A DNA stretch of 64,000 nucleotides from Candidatus Limnocylindrales bacterium (lineage in GTDB: Bacteria; Chloroflexota; Limnocylindria; Limnocylindrales; CSP1-4). Location of the stretch: positions 158-64,157 of the forward strand of contig JBBRRZ010000019.1 of the NCBI GenBank assembly GCA_038245845.1, read 5' to 3'. The notes under the pieces were generated by a model. The model did not search any database. It was not told where the DNA came from and was given only the letters and a program-made list of their open reading frames with translations. Positions 17,226-30,167 of the stretch are shown piece by piece (within the stretch, counting starts at the first letter, position 1; each line of letters begins with the position of its first letter). The translations under genes and the position numbers were made by a program.

Positions 17226-18743
17226 ATGGGCTCGCCCAAGCGGTCCGTCGGCCCGCGGCTCGCCCGCACGGGTGGCGCAGCGATCGCGACGGCGCTCGTC
17301 GCCGCGCTCCCGGGAGTCGCCGCCGCGCATGGTCTCACGCCCACGTACCAGAGCCCGCTCCCGCTCGCCGTGTACCTCGTCGGGGCGGCGATGACCGTCG
17401 CCCTGTCATTCGTGTTCGTCCTTGCACGTGACATGCGGGCGACGGAGCCACCGCCGGGCCGCATCGTCCGCGTCCCAGCCGCGGTGCGTGTCCTGCTGCG
17501 CATCGTCGGCCTGGTCGGCTGGGGATGGATCATGGCCCAGGGCATCGCCGGCGGGTCCTCGGACGCCGCCGTCGCGTCCCTGTTCCTGTGGGTCTTCGGC
17601 TGGGTCGGGATCGCGATGCTGTCCGCCCTGTTCGTCCCGGTCTGGGAGTGGGTCGACCCGTTCGCCACGCTCCACGACCTCCTTGCGTTGATCACGCGGC
17701 AGCTCGGCGTGCAGGGCTGGGCGGTGTCCGAGGTCCCGGTCGTGCTCCGGCTGTGGCCAGCGCCCGTTGGGCTCGCGTTCTTCGTCTGGCTGGAGCTGGT
17801 GCCCGCGGTGAGCAATGGAACGCTGACCGTGGTCCTCGCGGGCTACACCGTCCTCACGCTGGCGTTGATGGCCCAGTTCGGCCGCGACCAGTGGCGGGCG
17901 CAGGGCGAGACGTTCAGCGTCTGGTTCCGGCTGCTCAATCGACTGTCCGCGTTCGGCGTCGTGCCGGCCGAGGACACCGCGACCCCCGAGGAGCTCGAGG
18001 AGCTCGATCCCGACGCCGTCGACGCGCGCGTCCTCGTCCGCCGCCCGTTCGCAAGCGCGCTCCTGTGGGCCCCGTGGAGCCCGCCGCGAGTCGTGCTGGT
18101 GGCATTCGGCACGGGGTCGATCATCTTTGACGGGCTCTCGCAGACCGTCGCCTTCGCGTCCGTGTTCGGCGCGCCGGCGCTCCTGCCCAAGACGCTGCTG
18201 CTGTTCGCGTTCCTCGGGATCATCGCCCTGGCTGCGCTCGCCGTCGGCCGCCTCGTGAGCTGGGGCGCGATCGGCGCCGGGCTGCTGCCGATCGCAGTCG
18301 GCTACCTCGTGGCGCACTACCTCACCTACCTGCTGATCGACGGCCAGCGGATCGTCATCGCGATCTCGGACCCGCTCCAGCAGGGCTGGGACGTGTTCGG
18401 GACCGCGTTCTTCCAGCCGGTCTCGTTCCTGCCGGCGGGGCTCATCTGGACGGCGCAGCTCGCGGCCGTGGTTGGCGGGCACATGCTTGGCGCATGGTCC
18501 GGCCACGTCACCGCGCAACGCGACATGGAGGCGCGGGCAGTCGCGCGGCCGCCGCGCGACATGCGGCACCGCACGATCAAGGACGCCCCGCTGCCGACAC
18601 GACGCAACGTGCGCACGCGCGAGATCCCGCTCGCGGTCGTGATGGTCGCCCTCACGACGCTGACGCTGTGGTCGCTGGGCCAGGCGATCGTCGTGGAGCA
18701 GACGACCGGCAGCCGCGCATCGCAGGCCGCCGCGAGCCGGTAG
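17226..18743 (+). CDS. Large polytopic membrane protein of unknown function, coupled to CopC
   Basis: ATG starts 2 nt after the CopC stop. Signal-like N-terminus ends AAA|HGLTP. At least 10 hydrophobic segments. Does not look like canonical CopD. Confidence 0.6.
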   Translation: MGSPKRSVGPRLARTGGAAIATALVAALPGVAAAHGLTPTYQSPLPLAVYLVGAAMTVALSFVFVLARDMRATEPPPGRIVRVPAAVRVLLRIVGLVGWGWIMAQGIAGGSSDAAVASLFLWVFGWVGIAMLSALFVPVWEWVDPFATLHDLLALITRQLGVQGWAVSEVPVVLRLWPAPVGLAFFVWLELVPAVSNGTLTVVLAGYTVLTLALMAQFGRDQWRAQGETFSVWFRLLNRLSAFGVVPAEDTATPEELEELDPDAVDARVLVRRPFASALLWAPWSPPRVVLVAFGTGSIIFDGLSQTVAFASVFGAPALLPKTLLLFAFLGIIALAALAVGRLVSWGAIGAGLLPIAVGYLVAHYLTYLLIDGQRIVIAISDPLQQGWDVFGTAFFQPVSFLPAGLIWTAQLAAVVGGHMLGAWSGHVTAQRDMEARAVARPPRDMRHRTIKDAPLPTRRNVRTREIPLAVVMVALTTLTLWSLGQAIVVEQTTGSRASQAAASR

Positions 18744-18868
18744 GCCGTCGCCGGGGTGGGGCGGTCCCGTGTGCGGCGGTGCAGCGGCTGACCATCGCCG
18801 GTACCTCGTCCCGGTCCCGGTCATCGGCCCCGGTCCCGGCGATCGTCATCGCGGGAGCGGTTCCGGTC

Positions 18869-18948
18869 CCGGCCGCGGATTGCCCCGGCCGCGGATTGCC
18901 GCGGCCGCGGCCGCGACTTGCCCCGGCCGCGGATTGCCCCGGCCGCGG
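18869..18948. repeat. About five tandem copies of the 16-bp unit CCGGCCGCGGATTGCC (third copy degenerate)
   Basis: Read directly. Lies in the convergent intergenic region 18744..19260. Confidence 0.8.
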
Positions 18949-19089
18949 TCATGCATCACAGACTGAAATCGGAATGCTGCCCGCACGACGGCGCATCGAA
19001 ACCCGACATTGGCGACGCTGTCGTGCGAGGCCCGGTCCGATCCGAGTCGCTGCTGCATGGCTGGTGGCCCCGGGGTCACGACGGTCAGA

Positions 19090-19220
19090 GGCGGCCCGAG
19101 CGGGCACCGCGCACACCGCGGCCCCGGGGTCACGGCGGCTCGGGCCGGCCGCGGCGGCCCGAGCGGCACCGGCGGCCCGAGCGGGCACCGCGCACACCGC
19201 GGCCCCGGGGTCACGGCGGC
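19090..19220. repeat. Two identical 50-bp direct repeats (19090-19139 and 19171-19220) plus a partial copy at 19153-19170
   Basis: GGCGGCCCGAGCGGGCACCGCGCACACCGCGGCCCCGGGGTCACGGCGGC is identical in both copies. Contains CCCCGGGG and CCGCG/CGCGG self-complementary cores. Confidence 0.9.
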
Positions 19221-19260
19221 ACCGGCGGCCCCGGCCGGCAACCAGCCGCGCCAGCCCGCG

Positions 19261-22808
<3,548 letters not shown>

Positions 22809-22812
<4 letters not shown>

Positions 22813-23972
22813 GCGCGCTGCCGCATCGCGTCCACGAATCGATCGAACACGGCGAGCGCGTCGAGCGGGCCCGGGGCGCCCTCGGGGTGGTACTGGACGG
22901 TCTCGATCGGCTTCTCCGCGTGGCGGAGGCCCTCCACGGAACGGTCGTTGAGGTTGCGCTGGCTCACCCGGAAGCCGGACCGGGCGGGGATGCTGTCGCC
23001 CACGACCTGGACCTCGTGGTTCTGCGCAGTCACCTGGACGTAGCCCGTGTCGAGGTCCTGGACCGGGTGGTTCGCGCCGTGGTGGCCGAAGCGCAGCCGC
23101 GTCGTCTCGGCACCGGCGGCCCGGCCGATGATCTGGTGGCCGAGGCAGATGCCGAGCAGCGGCCGGCCGTCGTCGATGACGGCGCGTGCGAGCGCCACCG
23201 GGCCGTCGAGGCGCGCCGGGTCGCCGGGCCCAGGCGAGAAGACGATCCCCGCGATGTCCGAGTTGAGCACGTCCGAGGCGGTTGCCGTGTGTGGCAGCAC
23301 CCGGACCCGCACCCCACGCCGGCGGAGCGAGTTGACGATGTTCGCCTTGAGCCCGAAGTCCACGATCGCCACCAGCGGCGCCGTGGGATCGTCGCCCACC
23401 TCCCGGACCGCGGACGGCGAGACCTGGGCGACAAAGTCCTGGTCCTCCCAGCGCGGGACGGCCCTCGCCTGTGCCACCGCACGCTCCGGGTCTGTCCTCC
23501 CAGGCTCGGTGATGACCCCGCGCAGGCAGCCGTTCGCGCGCAGATGGCGGGCCAGCGCGCGGGTGTCGATCCCGGCGATCGCCGGGATGGCATTCGTGCG
23601 CAGGAGCGTCGCGAGCTGGCGCGCATCGTCAAGGACCGCGGCCGTGGCATGGGCGACGACGAGGCCCCGCAGCCATGGGCGAGCGGACTGGTCGTCCGCG
23701 CCGATGCGCCCGTAGTTCCCGATCAGCGGATAGGTCATGACGACGACCTGGCCCGCGTACGAGGGATCGGTGGCGATCTCCTGGTAGCCCGTTTGGGACG
23801 TGTTGACCACGAGGTCCCCGCCTGAAGCGACGGCCGCCCCGAACGCGATCCCGGGAAAGACCGTGCCATCCTCGAGCGCGAGGAGCGCCGGACCGGCGTG
23901 GCCCACCCTGGGATCGACGATCGCGTCGGCACGCGGCAGCGGCGGATGGCCGACGGACGGGGGGGCGATCAC
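22809..23972 (-). CDS. carA: Carbamoyl-phosphate synthase small (glutaminase) subunit
   Basis: LALEDGTVFPG...VVNTSQTGYQEIATDPSYAGQ. GATase LLGICLGHQ (Cys nucleophile). Start is GTG at 23972 or internal GTG at 23906. Confidence 0.9.
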
Positions 23973-24079
23973 GGGAACCCGGCATGCTGCGGCGTGGCGC
24001 CGCAGGCGGGCGTGCGCATGCGCATCTGTCTCCTCCTACCCGGCCTCACGGGACCGGTACGCCGGCCTCACGGGACCGG
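23969..24079 (-). promoter_or_regulatory. carA leader: GGAGGAG SD, an 18-codon uORF (24025..23969), and two copies of an 18-nt hairpin CCGGUCCCGUGAGGCCGG
   Basis: uORF is ATG CGC ATG CGC ACG ... CCG TGA (MRMRTPACGATPQHAGFP). Its TGA overlaps the carA GTG at 23972. Hairpin copies on the plus strand are at 24040-24057 and 24062-24079. Confidence 0.35.
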
Positions 24080-24196
24080 CCATCAGGATGGCCAGAGCGT
24101 ACCACGCAAGGGACGCCCCGGACGCCTTCGATCAGGCCGCCAAACGCGCGTTCCTGCCGTCGCCGGACGGTGAGCCCGGCCGTCGCTGGACGGTGG

Positions 24197-25606
24197 TCAG
24201 GCGGTCGCCGGCGCCGGCCCTGAGACGGTCGTCCGCGGTGCGGGGAGCTCCACGCGGAAGGCCGCGCCGCCCTCGGGGCGGTTCGCGACACCGATCCGCC
24301 CGCCGTGGCGCTCCACGATCCACTTCGCGATCGCGAGGCCCAGGCCCGTGCCGCCCGACGGCGCGCCCGGGGCGCGCCAGAAGCGGTCGAAGACGTGCGG
24401 CATGTCCTCCTCGCGGAGGCCCGGGCCGTCGTCGGCGACCTCGATCGTCGCCACCGGGCCGACCATGCGGACCCGCACCGTCACGGTCCCGTCCCTCGGG
24501 CTGTGCCGGACCGCGTTGTCAACCAGGATCATCACGAGCTGGCGCAGCCGCGCCGCGTCGCCCTCGATCATCACGGGTTCCGGGTCAACGACGACGCTGA
24601 CGCCGCGGCCCTCCGCGGCCCGCCCGAGCGCGGACGCCGCCTCGAACGCCACGTCGCCGAGGTCGAGCGGCATCGCCTCCAGCGCGACGGCACCGGAATC
24701 CGACCGGGCGAGCAGCAGCAGGTCATCGACGAGGGCCGTGAGGTTCATCACCTCGGCGTCGATGTCCTCGATCGCCTCAGCAGAGGCGCTCACGGGCCGG
24801 TCCTGGTGGCGCTGGAGGTGCTCCACCGACGACCGGATGACGGTCAGGGGCGTGCGCAGCTCGTGGCTGGCGTCCGCGGCGAACTCGCGCTGTCGCCGGA
24901 GCGCCGTCCGCTGCGTGGCCAATGACTCGCGGATCGGCACCAGTGCGCGCCGCGCGTAGAGCGTCCCGAACCCGAACGCCACGACGACGACGAGCAGCCC
25001 GCCCACGACGAGCACGAGCAACAGCGCGTTGAGCGTCCCGACCTCGGTCGTGCGGTCCTGGAGCGCCTGGAAGTAGTACGTGTTGCCATCCTGCAGGGCC
25101 ACGAGCTGGCGGGTCAGGAGCCGGATCGGCACGACCACCGAGCCAGCGCGGGACGAGATCTCGAGCGTGGAGGTGCGGATGTCCGGGCCGGTGCCTGCCT
25201 TCGCAGCCGCGATGCCGGCAGCGTTGGGCAACCCGTCGGGAATCACGATCGGCCGCCCGTCGGTCGGGACCGGCTGGCCGTCCGCGTCGAAGAAGTACAG
25301 GAGCGTGTTGCCCCCGCCGAACACGAAGCCGAGCTCCGGGCCGACATCGGGGCTCGTGATGGGCCCCTCCAGGCGACGGACCCAGGGATCCATGCGGGCC
25401 TGGAGCTGGTTGACCGACGCTGCGGCGAGGGTGCTGGCAACGACGCCGTACAACGCCGCCCCAAGGACCACGAGGACGACCAGCGTGGAGATCCCGCTCC
25501 ACGCGACAAGGCGCCAGCGGACACGGCGAAGCAGCCGTACCTCACCGGCGAGGGCGGCCTGCTCGGCGTCGTCGTCCCGGAGCTCCGGGCGGGCGCCGTC
25601 AGCCAT
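24197..25606 (-). CDS. Sensor histidine kinase (two TM, HAMP-like, HisKA, HATPase)
   Basis: H-box ASHELRTPLTVI, N-box LVDNAVRHS, then DDGPGL and GGTGLGLAIA. ATG at 25606 overlaps the RR gene end by 8 nt. Confidence 0.85.
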   Translation of the reverse strand: MADGARPELRDDDAEQAALAGEVRLLRRVRWRLVAWSGISTLVVLVVLGAALYGVVASTLAAASVNQLQARMDPWVRRLEGPITSPDVGPELGFVFGGGNTLLYFFDADGQPVPTDGRPIVIPDGLPNAAGIAAAKAGTGPDIRTSTLEISSRAGSVVVPIRLLTRQLVALQDGNTYYFQALQDRTTEVGTLNALLLVLVVGGLLVVVVAFGFGTLYARRALVPIRESLATQRTALRRQREFAADASHELRTPLTVIRSSVEHLQRHQDRPVSASAEAIEDIDAEVMNLTALVDDLLLLARSDSGAVALEAMPLDLGDVAFEAASALGRAAEGRGVSVVVDPEPVMIEGDAARLRQLVMILVDNAVRHSPRDGTVTVRVRMVGPVATIEVADDGPGLREEDMPHVFDRFWRAPGAPSGGTGLGLAIAKWIVERHGGRIGVANRPEGGAAFRVELPAPRTTVSGPAPATA

Positions 25607-26276
25607 CGGCCAGCCGGTAGCCCACGCCGCGCACCGTCTCCAGCTGCGACCCGGCGTCGCCGAGCTTGGCGCGCAGGTAGTGGACGTATGCATCGACCGC
25701 GTTGGGCGTCACCGCGACGCTGAACGGCCATGCGTGGTCCAGGAGCTGGTCCCGGGTCAGCGTGCGGCCGGCGTGGCGCAGCAGCGCCTCGAGCAGGGAG
25801 AACTCTCGCGGGCTGAGGTCCACGGTCCGTCCGTGCACGGTCACCCGTCGCGCTGCCTCGTCGAGGGCGATCGCGCCCGCCCGGAGAATGGGTTCCGCCC
25901 GTCGTGGCCCGGGCTCCGCGCGTCGGGCCAACGCCCGCAGGCGCGCGGACACCTCCTGGTACGAGAACGGCTTGACGACGTAGTCATCGGCGCCCGCGTC
26001 CAGGCCGGCCACCCGGTCGTTGACGGTGTCGCGGGCGGTGAGCATGAGGATGCTCACGTCGAGGCCGTCCTTGCGGATCCGGCGCGCGACCTCGATCCCC
26101 GAGATGTCCGGGAGTCCGATGTCGAGGATGATCGCGTCCAGCCCGTCGATCGCCTGCGCGAGCTCGATGGCAGTCCGGCCGTCGGGGGCGTGCTCCACGA
26201 CGTGGCGATCCTCCTCGAGGAGGCGGGTCAGGCTGCGGGCGAGGCGCTCGTCGTCCTCGACGAGAAGGAGATGCAT
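25599..26276 (-). CDS. OmpR-family response regulator
   Basis: MHLLLVEDDERL, ILDIGLPDISG, DDYVVKPF, and winged helix LSPREFSLLEALL...VRGVGYRL. Confidence 0.9.
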   Translation of the reverse strand: MHLLLVEDDERLARSLTRLLEEDRHVVEHAPDGRTAIELAQAIDGLDAIILDIGLPDISGIEVARRIRKDGLDVSILMLTARDTVNDRVAGLDAGADDYVVKPFSYQEVSARLRALARRAEPGPRRAEPILRAGAIALDEAARRVTVHGRTVDLSPREFSLLEALLRHAGRTLTRDQLLDHAWPFSVAVTPNAVDAYVHYLRAKLGDAGSQLETVRGVGYRLADG

Positions 26277-26296
26277 CGGGCTGTCACGATCCTTCG

Positions 26297-26908
26297 TCAG
26301 GGCACCACGGTGATCGAGCCCGCGGAACCGAGCGTGACCGACCCGTTGCCATTCGCCGCGCCGTTCGCGCCCGGCCGGAAGCCACCGGACAGCTGCACGA
26401 TGACAGTCTTGCCAGCCTGAACGTCCGACGAGCTCGCCGCGGCCTGCTGATGGTACGCAGTCGAGGACTCCATGCCGATGGTGATCGTTTGCCCGGACTC
26501 GGTCCCGATCGTGACCGAATCGGCAGTCACGGAGTCGACGGTCCCGCTGATCGAGAGCCCGCCGCCCGGGCCGAAGCCGCCGCGACCGCCGTCGCCGGGG
26601 ACGCCGTCGCCGCGACCGAAGTAGCCGTTCGCACCCGGGAGCGCGCCGTCGCCGGCCACGTTACCCAGGCCGCCGTTGCCGGCTCCCGCCGTGGCGTTCG
26701 CGGGTGCGGTCGCCCGTCCGACGGCGAACGCGACGCCCGCCGCCGCGACGAGCACGGCGACCGCGAGGGCGAGGTTGAGGACGCGTGACGAGCCGCCCGA
26801 CGCCGTTCGCACCAGCTGCGCGATGACGGGGGCGACTCCGGGAGCGGGCTCCGGAGCAACCGGCACGTACGGCTCGGTGCTCGCGGGGTCGACGGGCTGG
26901 TTGGTCAT
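26297..26908 (-). CDS. Membrane-anchored Gly-rich secreted protein (DUF5666-like C-terminus?)
   Basis: One TM (LNLALAVAVLVAAAGVAFAV). Gly/Asn-rich low-complexity region. C-terminal beta-type domain with DSVTADSVTIGTESGQTITIG. Confidence 0.5.
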   Translation of the reverse strand: MTNQPVDPASTEPYVPVAPEPAPGVAPVIAQLVRTASGGSSRVLNLALAVAVLVAAAGVAFAVGRATAPANATAGAGNGGLGNVAGDGALPGANGYFGRGDGVPGDGGRGGFGPGGGLSISGTVDSVTADSVTIGTESGQTITIGMESSTAYHQQAAASSSDVQAGKTVIVQLSGGFRPGANGAANGNGSVTLGSAGSITVVP

Positions 26909-27004
26909 CGCGGTGGCTCCCGATCGTGTGTCAACGCAGTGACCCGGGTCGAGGCGTGCCGCCTGCCTCGGGCGCGGTGGTGGGGGGGATCACTGGCACC
27001 GGCG

Positions 27005-27970
27005 TCAGGCGCCGACGCCGGCGGTCGCCAGCTCGATGAGTGCAGCGGCGTCGCCGATCGGGATCGCGAAGCCCAGCCCCTGGGCGCTGCTCGCCACGGC
27101 CGTGTTGATGCCCAGGACGGCGCCAGTAGCGTCGAGCAGCGGGCCACCCGAGTTGCCCGGGTTGATCGCGGCGTCCGTCTGCATGAGGTTCGACAGCTTG
27201 GCCGGGCGGCCGGTCTGCTCGTCCCGGACCGTGACCTCGCGGCCGAGGCCGGACAGGATGCCGCGGGTGACGGTCTCCGTGTATGTACCCAGCGGGCTGC
27301 CGATCGCGAGCAGCGTCTCACCGACCTTCACGCTGGAGGAGTCACCGATCCGGGCGGCCGCCAGGCCGGTCGCGTCGACCTTGATCAGGGCGAGGTCGTT
27401 GTCCGTGAGCTGCTTCACGAGCGTGGCGTCGTATGTCGTGCCGTCCTGGAGCTCGACGCTCAGGGTCCTGGCGCCTTCCACGACGTGGCGGTTGGTGAGG
27501 ATGTAGCCGTTCGAGGTCAGGACAATCCCGGACCCGATGCCGCCTGTCGGCTGGCCGAAGGGCGAGAACTGGTCGGTCGTCAAGCCGTTCGAGGTGATCG
27601 TGACGACAGACTTCTGCGCCTGGGCGACGATGGCCGTGAGGTCGGTGGACTGAACCGTCGTGGCGCTCGTCGTGCGCGCGGTGCCGGTGCTCTCCGTGAC
27701 GACCGTGCGGACGGGGAGCAGCTGCGTCACGACGATGGCCGTGCCACCGGCCGCGAGCGAGGCGCTCAGCACCGCCGCGGCGATGACGGTCCCGATGCCG
27801 CGCCCACGGCGCTCCCGGGTCATCGTCGGCTCGGACGCCCCGGGGTTCGCGGGCGGCTCGGGCGTCGCCCAGAGGGGCGCGGGCGGGACGGGCGGCCCGG
27901 CGGGCGCATCCGGCATCGGAGCCGCATACGGCTGCGTGGGAGGCTCGGAAGGGTCGTACGGGAAGGTCAT
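27005..27970 (-). CDS. Trypsin-like S1C serine protease (HtrA/PepD-like catalytic domain, no PDZ seen)
   Basis: Catalytic triad contexts TNRHVV, DNDLALIKV, NPGNSGGPL. Pro-rich N-terminus plus TM. ATG at 27970 within ORF 27005..28096. Confidence 0.85.
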   Translation of the reverse strand: MTFPYDPSEPPTQPYAAPMPDAPAGPPVPPAPLWATPEPPANPGASEPTMTRERRGRGIGTVIAAAVLSASLAAGGTAIVVTQLLPVRTVVTESTGTARTTSATTVQSTDLTAIVAQAQKSVVTITSNGLTTDQFSPFGQPTGGIGSGIVLTSNGYILTNRHVVEGARTLSVELQDGTTYDATLVKQLTDNDLALIKVDATGLAAARIGDSSSVKVGETLLAIGSPLGTYTETVTRGILSGLGREVTVRDEQTGRPAKLSNLMQTDAAINPGNSGGPLLDATGAVLGINTAVASSAQGLGFAIPIGDAAALIELATAGVGA

Positions 27971-28100
27971 CGGGGTCGCTCCGTGGTGGGAGGCTTCGGG
28001 TCCATTGACGCCAGTACACGCCCGTCCCCTGAGAGCGGCGTGAGAGGTCAACCCGTGGCGGCGATCCGCAGCCGTCGACGCCCCGGCCCGGGACATTGTG

Positions 28101-30056
28101 TCAGCCCGCTGCCCCGGCGCAGTCGTAGAGGGTGGTGGACGCCCCGGGCACGCTCACCGGCGTGCACGCCTGGGTCACCCACTGGCTCCGCTCCCCGGCG
28201 ACGTCGCCCGTGCCATCACCACCGAAGAACCCGCCTGGCCCACCGCCCGGACCCCCCAGGAGCACGAAGCGGAGACGGCCGTCCCGGACGTCAGCCTGGA
28301 GCTGCGCGAGCGTCGGGGCGGGATCGGAGCCAATGAAGCCGCCCATCGCCATGACCGGGATGCCGGCCGCAATCTGGATCGGCCCCGCCTGGTTGGCGGA
28401 CGAGACCGCGACGAGCCAGGTCGCGTCGCCCCGGTTCGCGACGAGGTAGTCGATCAGCGCCTGGTTCGTCCCGCCCGTATCGCCCGGGAAGCCGCTTGCG
28501 CCGAAGCCACCGAACGCGCCGCTCACCGGCCCCGCCGCCGGGTCGCCACCGGCGATTGCCTTGCCGGTGGTCTCGATGGTGTAGAGCATCGGGCCCGCGA
28601 GCGATGCCGCGATCCCGATCGCGAAGGCCGTTCTCGCGATCTGCGCGGCCCGTCCGTCGTCGGCGATCCGTGGGACCGCGAGCACCACCGCGGCCGCCAG
28701 GACGATGAACAAGGCACCGATCCCGACCCCCGGGAAGAACGCGGGTGTCCGGTCGAGGACGCTCATGCCCCACCAGGCGGTCATGACCAGCATGGCCGCC
28801 AGCACGAGGCCGACCCACGGGACCCGCGCCCGCAACCGCCACAGCTCCATCACACCCGCCCCGACCAGGGCAGCGATGGCCGGCGCAAGGGCGACGGCGT
28901 AGTACGGGTGCGCGATGCCGCCCATGAGGGAGAACACCAGGACGTGGACGGCCACCCACGTGCCCCACAGGAGGTACCCGGCGCGGCGCGGGTCGGTGCG
29001 GCCGGCGCGCAGCCGCGCCAGCAGCCCGATGGCGAGCGCCATCGCGGCCGCCGGGAGCAGCCAGCTGACCTCGCCCGCCCACTGTTCGTTGAACATCCGG
29101 AGGAGCCCGGGCTGGCCGCCGAACGCACCACCCGGGCCACCCCCGGGGCCGCCGCCCGGGCCGCCCTCGCCGCGGAAGAGGCGCCCGAGGCCGTCATAGC
29201 CCAGGAGCAGCTGGACGGCGGAGTTCGTGGGGCTGCCACCGATGAACGGCCGCGAGCCCGCGGGGATCAGCTCCATCAGGCCGACCCACCACAACGACGA
29301 CACGGCGACGGCGATCAGCGACGCGAGGAGCCCGGTCGCGCGATGGCGCACGGAGCCGCGCGCCGCCACCAGGTAGGTCAGCGCGAACGCTGGCAGCACG
29401 AGGTAGGCCTGCATGTACTTCGTGAGGAACGCGAACCCCACGAGGATGGCCGCGAGGATCGGCCAGCGCAGCCGTTCGCTCTCGAGGCCCCGGATGAGCG
29501 CCCATGCGGCGCCGACGAGCAGCAACACGAGGACGGCGTCCGGGTTGTTGTAGCGGAACATGAGCGCCGCGACCGGCGTGACTGCGAACGCGATCCCGGC
29601 GATCACGCCCGCTTCTGGGCCGAACTGGCGCTTGACCGCGTGGTACAGCAGGACCACCGACGCGACGCCGGCCAGCGCCTGCGGCAGCAGGATGTCGAAC
29701 GGGCTGAGCCCGAACAGCCGGACCGACAGGCCCATCACCCACAGCGCCACCGGCGGCTTGTCCACGGTGATGAAGTTGGCGGCGTCGATGGAGCCGAAGA
29801 ACCAGGCGCTGATGCTCTGCGATGCAGCCTGCGCGGCCGCCGAGTAGTAGGTGTTGGCATAGCCGCTGACGGCGATGTTCCACAGGTAGAGGACCGCGGC
29901 GAGACCGGCCAGGGCGAACGGCGCGACGCGGATCCATGACGCCTGCCGATCCGTCGCCTCGGCCCCGTCCGCCACCCACGTCCCGGCACGTGCATCCAGG
30001 ACACTCGTGGCACCGTCTGGGGGGAGCGTGGTGTCAGGAGTGGTCACGGCCGGCAC
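28101..30056 (-). CDS. GT39/ArnT-PMT-type membrane glycosyltransferase with C-terminal extracytoplasmic domain
   Basis: YSAAAQAASQSISAWFFGSIDAANFITVDKPPVALWVMGLSVRLFG is typical of the family. At least 10 TM segments. GTG start at 30056. Confidence 0.8.
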   Translation of the reverse strand: MPAVTTPDTTLPPDGATSVLDARAGTWVADGAEATDRQASWIRVAPFALAGLAAVLYLWNIAVSGYANTYYSAAAQAASQSISAWFFGSIDAANFITVDKPPVALWVMGLSVRLFGLSPFDILLPQALAGVASVVLLYHAVKRQFGPEAGVIAGIAFAVTPVAALMFRYNNPDAVLVLLLVGAAWALIRGLESERLRWPILAAILVGFAFLTKYMQAYLVLPAFALTYLVAARGSVRHRATGLLASLIAVAVSSLWWVGLMELIPAGSRPFIGGSPTNSAVQLLLGYDGLGRLFRGEGGPGGGPGGGPGGAFGGQPGLLRMFNEQWAGEVSWLLPAAAMALAIGLLARLRAGRTDPRRAGYLLWGTWVAVHVLVFSLMGGIAHPYYAVALAPAIAALVGAGVMELWRLRARVPWVGLVLAAMLVMTAWWGMSVLDRTPAFFPGVGIGALFIVLAAAVVLAVPRIADDGRAAQIARTAFAIGIAASLAGPMLYTIETTGKAIAGGDPAAGPVSGAFGGFGASGFPGDTGGTNQALIDYLVANRGDATWLVAVSSANQAGPIQIAAGIPVMAMGGFIGSDPAPTLAQLQADVRDGRLRFVLLGGPGGGPGGFFGGDGTGDVAGERSQWVTQACTPVSVPGASTTLYDCAGAAG

Positions 30057-30167
30057 GATCCTTGGCGGGACATGGAAGCGCGACGCTCTCGGCGGGGAGG
30101 AGAGGCCACCGGGAGCGTCGCGTCGATCACCACTTCAGCAGCAAACTCTGAGAGGACGCTGAGACGA

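Noticed and set aside
18869-19220. Possible CRISPR array, because of regularly spaced direct repeats here and at 47814-48068.
   Set aside because: Units are 16 bp head-to-tail with no spacers, or only two 50-bp or ~100-bp copies. No cas genes are present and the repeat architecture is not CRISPR-like.
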